A stretch of 64,000 nt of DNA from Phaeosaccion multiseriatum. Its lineage: Eukaryota > Protista > Ochrophyta, other classes. The first letter of the stretch is position 1. Each line of letters opens with the position of its first letter. This document shows positions 12,601-22,700 of the stretch, one piece after another. The stretch lies in contig OZ218959.1 of NCBI GenBank assembly GCA_965112735.1, forward strand, positions 3,224,001 through 3,288,000. Reading direction: 5' to 3'. Position numbers and translations under genes: made by a program. Below the pieces are notes generated by a model, which ran no database searches, was not told the DNA's origin, and worked only from the letters and a program-made list of their open reading frames with translations.

Positions 12601-15600
12601 GTTGGGTTGGGCTGTGCTGTGAGTAGTCGACCGACCGACAATAGACACACGAGCGGCCTTGACCTTTACGCGAGCTCTTCTCTCCCCGTCCGCTGCCACC
12701 CCTCCGCCTCTTCCCTGCCATCCTCCCCTCCTTCCTTCCTTCCTTCCTTCCTTCCTTCCTTCCTTCCTTCCTTCCTTCCTTCCTTCCTTCCTTCCTTCCT
12801 TCCTTCCTTCCTTCCTTCCTTCCTTCCTTCCTTCCTTCCTTCCTTCCTCCCCTCCTTCCTTCCTTCCTTCCTTCCCCCCTCCCCCTCCCTCCCCCACAGC
12901 CCTTCACGCAGGGTCCATGCGCCGCCGCTTCGGTGCCTCGCTGAGACGCAGCAGGACAAGGAGGAGCACAGGGAGTCGATCCTCCTCCTCCTCCACGCAG
13001 AGCGATGATAGCGATACAGAAAGCGACAGTCATAGCGACTCCGACGGCGACGGCCAGCCCCAGGAGCAGCCGCAGCAGGAGGAGGAGGAGGAGGAGGAGG
13101 AGGGACCGGCTTGGAAAAGGGCATGGACAGGCGAAAGCAAAGGGAAAGGAGGAGGAGAAAGAGGAGGGAGAGGAGGAGGAGGAGGAGGAGGAGGAGGAGG
13201 AGGAGGAGGAGGAGGAGGAGGATCTCCCTCGGCAGGAGCGTCGCTTCAGGAGGTTACCCGGCGCTTCAGCTTCGACAAGAATGGCACAAAGAATGGCGAA
13301 CAACAACGCCAGCACCACCGCGACGAGCGAGTCGAGCAGGGTGGAGGAGTAGAGCATGCGGCGAAAGGACCTACACGACTCTCTCTGTTGTCCACTCCAA
13401 AGGCCCCGAGGGGGGCCGTGCTCCCGAGGGGGGGGGCTGTCGAACGGGGCGGAGGGGGCCATCCAGTCAGTCCTCCTCCTCCTCCTCCTCCTCCTCCTCC
13501 GGTAAATCCTCTCACTCCTCCTGTCAGCCCTCTGCTTGTTGCTTCCACGCCTCACGGCAAGGAAGAGAAGGAAGGGGAGGACGGCCGTATGTATAGGTTC
13601 AGAGGCGTGCCTCCTGTGGCTGAATCACCAACTGCTGCTGCTGAGGAGGAGGAGGAGGAGGATAGCACGACAAGCAGAAGGAGCAGGAGGAGGGCGGAAG
13701 GGAGCTCCACGGCGACCACATCCCCTGGAGCTTCTCATCAACACCAGTACCGACACGACCGACACAGGCAGCCAAGAACGAGAAGGGTACCTCTCTCTGT
13801 GACGAGGGTGCCTGTCTCTGTGGTGAAGGAGCCTCTCTCTGTGGCTCCTCTGACCTTTCCAGGGGCGATGAGCGGGGCGAGCGTTGGCAGGGTGGTACGC
13901 AGGGGTCGCGGCAGTGGTCGCAAGGAGTACAAGGAAGAGAGGGAGTCAAATGACGAATATCGACGGCTCCAGCGGGCCGCCCACGCTCATCTTGAGGGGC
14001 AATGGACTCGCTACAGTACAAGTGTCAGTACTGGACTGAGTCTGACACGGACACCGAGGAGTGCGACTTCGAGTCCGAGTTCGATTCCGGGTGTGCTTGC
14101 CGTGGCCAATCGTGTGGATGACATGTTGGCTGCGGCCATGGAGAGGGCGGAGAAGCTTTGGTGGAGGTGGAGAGCGTGGAGGGGATTGCTGGGGCTCAAG
14201 CAGGAGGCGAGGAGGGGGAGGGCGGCGAGAGTCATGCAACAGGTGGGAGGAGGAGGAGGAGGGGGAGGAGGAGGAGGGGGAGGAGGAGGAGGAGGAGGAG
14301 GAGGAGGAGGAGGAGGAGGAGGAGGAGGAGGAGGAGGAGGAGGAGGAGGAGGAGGAGGAGGAGGAAGAGGAAGAGGAGGAGGAGGAGGAGGAGGAGGAGG
14401 AGGGAGGAGGAGGGATAGGAGGACGAGGAGGAGGAGGAGGAGGAGGAGGAGGAGGAGGAGGAGGAGGAGGAGGAGGTTTGCTTCTTGTTGCTGGGCTTCA
14501 CTACCACACGATATCAGTCTCCTAAAAGAGTCTGACATTTGTTTGACGCTGACACTAACCACGTCCTCAATTGCGGCCTTCGTTCGCTTCTTCTTGCGCC
14601 ACTTCCTATCTGCATGGGTTGGCTGTGTGTGTGATGTGTGTTGCCTTTGCCTTTGCATTTGCGTTTGCTTCCACTTGTCTTGTCTTGCAAAAGCGGAAGG
14701 CAGGACAGGCCCTTGTGTTCTGGGGCGTGTGGGCGGCGTGCAGAAGGAGCGGCAGCGTTGTAAGGAGGGCCAAGCGAGTGAAAGGTAAGTTCAGTTGCTT
14801 GGGCATCACAAGCGAAATTGGGCATCAGAGCACTGCCCAACTTTGACAAGTTGTGACGTTTGAGGGGCAAATGTCCCAGTCTTCTTCTTGTTGTACATGT
14901 AGCACTCTTTCTGCCCCTCTTTCTTCCTCTCTTCTCTGTCTCCCTCTCCCTCCGTCTCTTTCTCTCCCTCTCTCTCTCCCTCGCCCTTCCCTCCTCCGTC
15001 TCCACCTCATTCCTTCGCCCCTCCGCCCGTCCTTGCCTCCAACCCCCCCCTCCTCCTCTCTCCTTCCTCACTCCCTCATCCCCCCAGACCGCCGCGCAAT
15101 TCTCGACCTGTGGAGGGAGGCCACCCTCATGCGGCAGCTCGATCGCACCAGCCGATCTCGAGCTCTTCGGTCCTCCTTGCCTGCCTTCCGGCGCTGGAGA
15201 GGCCGGATCGAGGCGAGGAGAGAGGCCGGCAGTCTCGTTCGGACGGCGTTGCTGAGAAGGGCTCTGAGCAGCCTTCGCTCGCTGTGCAGGTACGTACGGA
15301 GGAGTTGTGCAGCAAGTAGTAAGTCAATGGGTAGTAAGTAGTAAGTCAATGGGTTGATGAAGTGTTAGTCAATGGGTCTGTGGAGCTGTGTAGTGCATAT
15401 TAATCGAGTCTAAGGAGGGTTGACGTATACTTGCCTTCTCTGTCTGCTGACTTACTGACCGCCCTCTCTTTGCTGTCTTACTTTACTACTTCACTAACCT
15501 GCGACTAGGCGGAGACAAGACGCTCGTTTGTCGCTGAGTCGAGTATGCAGTGCCATCCGTATCTCAGACTACGAGCCGAGCCTGCTAAGGGCGTGCCTCA

Positions 15601-16212
15601 GAGCGTGGAGGGGCAAGGCGGCCGTCGACAGGGCCGCGAAGCACCAACGGCCGCACCTCTTGCTGACCCGGGGGTGGGGGAGGTGGAGGCGCCTTCACAC
15701 CGCTCGACTGCTCCAGGCGGAGAGTCGACGGGCCGCCATCGGTAAGGACGACTTAGCGTGGGGGTGAGGGTGAGGGTGAGGGTGAGGTCGAGGGTAAGGG
15801 TGAGGGTGAGGGTGGGGGCTGAGGGTCAGCGGGAGGGTATATGGGTGAGAAGGGGAAGACTGAGACTAGTTCACACAAGCAAGTATCTTCCCTCTCCTGC
15901 TGCTCTGCTCAGCGCTCGGTGAGGGTTGATGGCCATCCAATGATTTGCTTGCATCGCTTACGTGGTATCGCCTCCCCCCCCCCCCCCCCTCTCTCTCTCC
16001 CTCTCTCTCGTCTCTCTGCCGCTCTGCATCTCTCTGTGACTCTTCCTCCCCCATGCAATGTGCCATCCATCTTGTGCCATCAATAATACTCTTCATACAA
16101 CGCAGGTATGTACAGAGCGAGGCTTGCCCAGCGCTGCTTTCACGCTTGGTCGGCATGGGCTATGCTCAGAGACTCACAGAGGGACAAGTACCAACAGAGC
16201 ACCAACAGGTGA
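1..16212 (+). CDS. Sfi1-like centrin-binding repeat protein (very large, about 24 exons in window, 5' end upstream of the window)
   Basis: Phase-consistent exon chain: 1-86, 427-1131, 1363-2162, 2465-2594 (GC donor), 2941-3023, 3670-3816, 4330-4418, 4719-4923, 5374-5503, 5868-6017, 6838-7041, 7327-7386, 7724-7945, 8215-8373, 8735-9067, 9367-9443, ~9746-10566, ~10836-11062, 11284-11632, 11995-12532, ~12912-14242, 14694-14783, 15088-15289, 15509-15741, 16106-16212 (TGA). The product is Arg/Trp-rich and helical, with dozens of 'A..h....ll...f..W(r)' units (e.g. [53 protein letters not shown]) matching the Sfi1 repeat consensus. Confidence 0.7.
2790..2920 (+). repeat. 10-bp minisatellite (CCATCCCCTG)n in intron
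   Basis: Direct tandem repeat just upstream of the acceptor at 2940. Confidence 0.95.
3033..3451 (+). repeat. 23-bp minisatellite (CCCATATGCCTGTCTTGATAATG)n, about 17 copies, intronic
   Basis: Tandem array starting a few bases after the 5' donor at 3024. Confidence 0.95.
4160..4322 (+). repeat. 21-bp minisatellite (GCTGTATCACCAACTGGCTGT)n, about 8 copies, intronic
   Basis: Tandem array ending just before the acceptor at 4329. Confidence 0.95.
6180..6810 (+). repeat. (CCCT)n microsatellite, about 630 bp, intronic
   Basis: Direct inspection; source of the spurious PPSL/REGG ORFs. Confidence 0.97.
14247..14475 (+). repeat. (GGA)n microsatellite at the 5' end of an intron
   Basis: Direct inspection, follows the donor at 14243. 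Confidence 0.95.
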
Positions 16213-17937
16213 AGATGGAGGGCTGACAGAGACGAGCAGAGAATGAGAGGGGCCATCACAGAGAACGAAAGGGGGCTACGGGCCAAGTACCAACAGAGCA
16301 CCAACAGTTGAAGATGGGGCAATGGCAGACGAGAGTCCAGGGACGACTGGGGAGCCAGCACTAATCACGAGGCTCCTCACTACAATAGGGTTGTAGACAA
16401 TGAAGCGTAGACATGTCAAGGCGTCAAGGCTTTCGCAGGAGCTTTGAGCAAACAGTATAGAGATAGGCTTCGCTTGTGCGAGGCGGAAAGGAAGAATCCC
16501 ATGGCCCACACTCAATGGTGGTACGTGATTTGTGCGTCATAGTGGGTCAACGGGGGGCAAAAAGGGGTTCAAAGGCAGTCAAACGTGGTCAAAGTTAGAG
16601 TCAAGTGGCGTTAAAACAGGGCGTCAAAGCAAAGTGCCTTTCAACCGCGAAGAAATCGCACTACGGAGGTCGACTTTCGTCTCGATTTTGGTGTAAGTCG
16701 AAGGTGAGCATTCACTGATCATCTGAAAGTCGACTTAGTGATGGGGATGATCTTTTTATGTGCGAAAGTTGACCTCGACATCAGCTGGAACCCCCCAAAC
16801 CGGCCAGAAACAGCACTCGTCACAGGGTTCTGCCGGCAGAAACGGGAAACAGGAAAACACATCAAGAGTGGAGTCTGTTGCGCACGCTGTGTGGAGCACG
16901 TAGGGGTAGGGGAGGCGCCGCTTGGTTATAGGGTATGCATGGGTTATGCACTCCCACGTTCTGGGCATGTGGGCACAGAAACACAAATACACAAGATACA
17001 AAAATATGAATTTTAGTACAGTGGTCGACGGTAAAGAAGCGAAGGGTGCCACGAGACCCCGGGGGGTAGTCAGATTGTATAAGCCGGCAGGGAATGAATC
17101 ACAGTTGTCGGCATTATATCACCACCCTATTCGAGAGAACAAGAACTAATTTCGCAAAAACAAAAAAAGTAAGTGCGACAGAGGAGAGAAAAAGGCAAGA
17201 AGAAAGAGCAGCAGGAGAGAGGGAGAAGACAAAAGGTGGGTACCAAGATGTGGAAAGAAAGACGGCCTTCCGCTGGGTCGTCAATCGAAAATCGCGGGGA
17301 GAGATGCATGTCAGCAGCCAGGGGAAGATCCGAGGCCCGCGTATTTCCGCGTTCCCGCATTCTTTCCTTTGTGTCTAGGGAGAGTTGATAGGGGCTGCCT
17401 GTGCTAAAAGCAAGAGCTGCATGATCCCTCCTCATACAACTCGTCTCCCTTGGCGTTGTGACTTGAACTTGCCACACATCACTCGACTCGCTCATTCACC
17501 CCTCCAACGTTGGACCTGGTACAGTTGTACCGTCGTACGTCACCGAGAGCAAAGCCAACAGACGAGGCTCACACCAGGCCTGTGGCCAGGATGTTTCAGG
17601 TGCGGTGATTAGCACGGAAGGTAGAAAGGGGGTAAGGGGGAGGGGGGGTGAATGGCTGCCCAAGCAAGCAATGACCAGGTGGGGAGGGGCGGCGAGCGAG
17701 CATTTGGAGCTAGCGAGGGGGACAGCCATCCACGATGGCAATCTCTGAACGTTACTTGTTGCTCGCTACTCCTCCGGGAATTCTCAAGCTCCTGAAGACT
17801 CTTCCCTGCCTGGCGAGCCTGAGCCCTACTGACCTTGAATTCCCCTCCGCCCCTGCCTTCCCCTGCTGTTCCTGACTTGCCCCGCCCGCCCACTCCCTTC
17901 GTTCTATCTACCACCTCTCCGGCCCCTTGAACAATAC

Positions 17938-19736
17938 ATAAAGACATCTTGGAGGTGGGGGCTGCTGCTGGCGCTGTTGGCGCTCAGTGGAGAGCACTTT
18001 CTTCCGGTCCGAGGCCAAAAAGGTCAGTAGCAGGCTTGCTTGACAAGCTTAAATTTAAGCGAGCGAACAGGCAGGCAGCAGCGTTCCTGCGTGTTGAGCA
18101 CCGCAGTACTCAACTCCCCTCCCCTTTCTTTGAGCGAGCGGATTGGCTGAAGCAACCTTCTCACCCCCTTTTCCCAGCGCTGAGGCTGTCCCCTCTCACT
18201 TTGGTAGGAGCTGCGCAGCCTGAGGGCCACTCCCCCCCCCCCGATGCTTGCGAATCATCATTGGGCTTCTCTATTCCCTCTCTCTCACTTTTTTGGAATC
18301 CTGTCTGCCCCGCCCTTCCCCCCCCCCCCCCCCGGCCCTGCCGCCCCAACACACCATCCGGCATGCTCCTCGCAATGGTGGGCCAGGCACTCCATGTAAG
18401 TAAAGAACGAATTCGCAAGCTGCTGCTCTCTCATCCTCTCCCCTTGGCAGAAGCTGCGCACGGTCCACTTGCTCACAACCACCACCCCCTGAGCCTTCTT
18501 CTTTATTCCCTCTCTCTCCCTGATTTGGAGTTCTTTCTGCCCCGCCCTTAGCTACTATTCCCCGCCCCCCCCCCCGGCCCCGCCGCCCCAACACACCATT
18601 CGGCGTGCTCCTCGCCATCATGTGCCAGCCCCTCCATGTAAGTAAAGAACGAATTCGCAAGCTGCTGCTCTCTCATCCTCTCCCCTTAGCAGAAGCTGTG
18701 CACGGCCGGTCCTCTCGCTCACCTCCTCCTCCTCCTCCTCCTCCTCCTCCTCCTCCTCCTCCTCCTCCTCCTCCTCCTCCTCCTCCTCCTCCTCCTCCTC
18801 CTCCTCCTCCTCCTCCTCCTCCTCCTCCTCCTCCTCCTCCTCCTCCTCCTCCTCCTCCTCCTTCTCTCACCTCTTCACCTTACTTGCAATCCGTATGCCT
18901 CCACTTCCCACCTTATCCGCCCCCGCGACTTACCTGCTGGACTGCTAACGCCGCGGTTGTTCTTCCCCCCGTTCTATTATGCACCTGTGGGTGTATGTAT
19001 ACCTGCCCGCTCGGCTCGGCTGACTGGGCGGCGCTCTTCTCGGACTGTACCCGCCCTTCTCCTCGGCTGTGGTGCTTGCTAAGTGCCGGAAAAGTGAGTA
19101 TTGTGTGCTTCCTAGGGCCTCAGCCACGTAAGGCCCGCCCAATGACCTCACTTTTCCCTCCATCCTCTTCCCTTCCACGCTTTGCCTCGCTGCCGCTGCC
19201 CTGACCCTGACAGGAGCGTTGTGATCACAGTGCAACCGGACACGTTCCTCAACCTCGCAGAAGTTACCTGCTATGGCGGTGCTCTTGCGCTCATTGAGCC
19301 TCTCGCGGCGGATCTTAGCTCCGTTTATTTTTCTCCTATCTCTTTGGAGTCCTTCCCTGGCTCTCAATGCACGGACGGAGATGAAACTACTCTTTGTATC
19401 GCCGACCCCGATACAGCCGGCGCCACCCTCACCCTGGACCTTCCTGACGAAGCTATTTCCTACTGCACGGTGGTTAATCGTCCCACCGACAACCAGATTT
19501 TTCTCGATCGGATCAACGACGCGACCTTCACCATCCTCGCCGCGGACGGCACAATCGAGTATGCTGCCACCTTTCCCAACGTGGCACAACAAACCTACAC
19601 CTTTTGTACGTGCCCTCAGAAGACGAATAGAGGATGGCTGCTTTCAGCCCCTCCCTGTCCGATGTCCTCCTTCCTACCCAGCGCTCAGTCGTGTTGTCGT
19701 GTGCTCCCCCCCCCCCCCCACTCCTCCTCCTCCTCC

Positions 19737-19799
<63 letters not shown>

Positions 19800-22700
19800 A
19801 TTCTGGTGTGCTGCTCGTTCCACGGGCGGCTCACTGCTGCCTGGTGTGTTCGCTCACCCGCATGTGTGCTTCCACGGCTCGGCGGATGGCCACTGACGGC
19901 CCTGCCTTTACCACTGTGCACTCCTCTGCCCATCGTAGTTGTTGGCAAGTAAGTACCCCCTCTGTGAAACTGATGGGAATAGTACTGGAGCTCCCTATGG
20001 ACCTTCCCTTTCTTCTCATTTTATTGGGCCCCTCCTCCTGCTGCCTACGCGAGCCGCAGATGACGTCATCACTAACGCACGTTGCGATCCCCCCGTCTTG
20101 CCTGTCGCTGCCTTCCTCCTCGCCCCCCCCCCTCGCTGATCTCACCCCTTTGCCCTTGCAGACGCGTCGTGATCGAAGTCGAGCAGGGCAAGACCATCAA
20201 TCTCGCAGAAGTCGCATGTTACGATGGCAACAGTGTCAAGATTCCGCGAAGAGACATCACCTTGAGCTCCCTCTTCAGGCCCAGGTATCCTGCCTCTCTA
20301 TGCGACGACGGCAACGTCTACACCTTCTGTCACTCCGACGGAGGGGCAGCAGAACCAGGCATCCTCACTCTCTACCTTTCTGGCGGTCGTGACCAAGTCG
20401 TTGCGTACTGCGAGGTCACCAACCGCCGTAGCAGTTGCTGCAAGAACCGCATCGACGGCGCCAGCTTCAAGATCCTTGACGCGGACGACAATGAGCTGTA
20501 CTCAAGCGTCTTTGTCGGAGCAGAAAACTCCTACACCTTCGGTACGTACACGTGGCTGCCTGCGTCATGCTCCCGCGGGGTGGGAGGGGGGGGAGTAGAG
20601 GGCGATCAATACTTGTCAGCTGCCATGGTGGAGCTGCTCCTCGATCATTTCCCCACCGTAAATCTCGAAGCCCTCCCCCTCCCCCGCCCGCCCCACACAC
20701 TTACCCTTACGTGCTGCTCACGTCCTGTCCCCCCCGTTGGGCTGCTCACTGCTGCCTGCCCTGTTCGCCCGCATGTGTGCTTCCACGGGTCGGCGTATGG
20801 GCACTGACGGCCTTTGGACCATTGTGCATCCTGCTGCTCTCCTATGCCTATTGTAGATACTGGCAAGTAAGTACCCCCTCCTCTGTGAAACTCATGTGAA
20901 CAGCCAGAGCTCCTTATGAACCTTCCTTTGTTCCTCACTTCATTGGGCCCCTCCTCCTGCTGCCTACGCGAAGCGCAGATGACGTCATCACTAACGCACG
21001 TTGCGATCCCCCCGTCTTGCCTGTCGCTGCCCTTCCTCCTCGCCCCCCCCCTCGCTGATCTCACCCCTTTGCCCTTGCAGACGCGTCGTGATCGAAGTCG
21101 AGCAGGGCAAGGCCATCAATCTCGCAGAAGTCGCATGTTACGATGGCAACAGTGTCAAGATTCCGCGAAGAGACATCACCTTGAGTTCCCTCTTCAGGTT
21201 CAGGTATCCTGCCTCTCTATGCGACGACGGCAATGACGGCACCTTCTGTTACTCCGACGCAAGCGCAGCAGAACCAGGCATCCTCACTCTATACCTTTCT
21301 GGCGGTCGTGACCAAGTCGTTGCGTACTGCGAGGTCACCAACCGTAACGGTTGCTGCAAGGACCGCATCGACGGCGCCAGCTTCAAGATCCTTGACGTGG
21401 ACGACAATGAGCTGTACTCAAGCGTCTTTGTCGGAGCAGAAGACTCCTACGCCTTCTGTACGTTGGGGCGGGGAGAGGGAGATTTGTATTTCATGCTTTT
21501 GACTGCCGCTCTTCCTCTTCTCGTTTTGCTCTATTCAGCCGTCAGTCCTGTTGTCGGACGTGGAGCAATGCTGCCCCTCGCTCTCCCCACCTTCATCTGG
21601 ACTGCGTGTGTCTCAGACTCAATCTCAGCCCTGTGCCCCTCCTGCTCCGTTATCGGCGTGCCCATGGGATGCTCACTCCCCACTTGCCGGCAGCTTGCTT
21701 CTCACTTCCCTTTGTTCTCTTTTGCCGCTCCGCGCCTTTTGCCCACCTCCTTCTCCTGTCCCTACCACGACTTAAAAGACATTCCGCGGACTGTATGCGT
21801 GACGGGCGGTGGAGTCTACAACGCCTTCTCCAGTACGTGCACCTGCCCTTCTGTGAACCCTGTCAGTCCAGTTGTGTGTGGGGGACAGGCCTGCCAGGTG
21901 GGTGCGGTTGCGGCTTTCACCAGCGCTTCTCACCAAGTATTTGCTTGACTCGCCCCCATGCATTTCCCGCGCTCTTTGCCACTCCAGCCAGGCTCTCTCT
22001 ACACCAACAGCCTGCTGGCTACCTGCCACTCTTCCTCTATCCCCTTTTTCTGCCTGACCTGTTGAGAGCTGCTGCCCCCCTCCTTGGAAGAGGGACTGGA
22101 CAGTGTCAACGCCGTACCATACCAATCTCTTTTTTCCGAGGAAGTGGGCACATGACTGACTTTTGTTCCACCGCCCCACTTGACCGCGTTGCGCTGTGCT
22201 GCCTCCCTTCTTCCCTGCCACAAACCGATCACCTTCCCTCATGCCACGGTCATGACTCACCAAAACATCGGCAACGATTGGCTCGCTGGGCCGCACCACG
22301 AACGTGCCCCCTGCCTGTGCCCCCTACTACCTAACGCTCGTCCTCACGGCGGCCTGTGGTTGGCTCCCTCGCCCCCTCATTCTGCTCACGCTGCGGCTCT
22401 TCACACGACCCTTCGTATTCTCTTCTTATGGTGGCATTGCTTCTTCGACGTCACAGGGCATCACATTTGAGGTGAGTGTTAACTATCGTTCGTTCCGTCC
22501 ACCGTTTGAACTCACACGCCAGGCAGGGGCTGAGAAGTGTTTCTGAGTGTGGCCTCCGCCGCTTGTTGATTGACGTTTGAGACTCGCCTTTCATTGTATT
22601 AGGGCGGGGCGGCTGCGTTCTTTGCGACAGCGTTAGCGCCTGCCTGATCGTCGGGCCAGTTTAAGCCTGTGCCGTCGCTGTCGGCCAGGGCCCCCCTTCT

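Noticed and set aside
20162-21457. Diversity-generating retroelement (TR/VR) explanation for the two lectin exons
   Set aside because: Several differences are A-to-G, but many are at C, G or T, there is an indel, the introns are duplicated too, and no reverse transcriptase is present in the window
21779-22050. Kazal domain (CTCP...PVVCG plus a possible YTNS exon near 22000)
   Set aside because: The downstream exons with better splice sites continue a C.G..(A/S)C repeat pattern instead; the YTNS segment has no convincing donor
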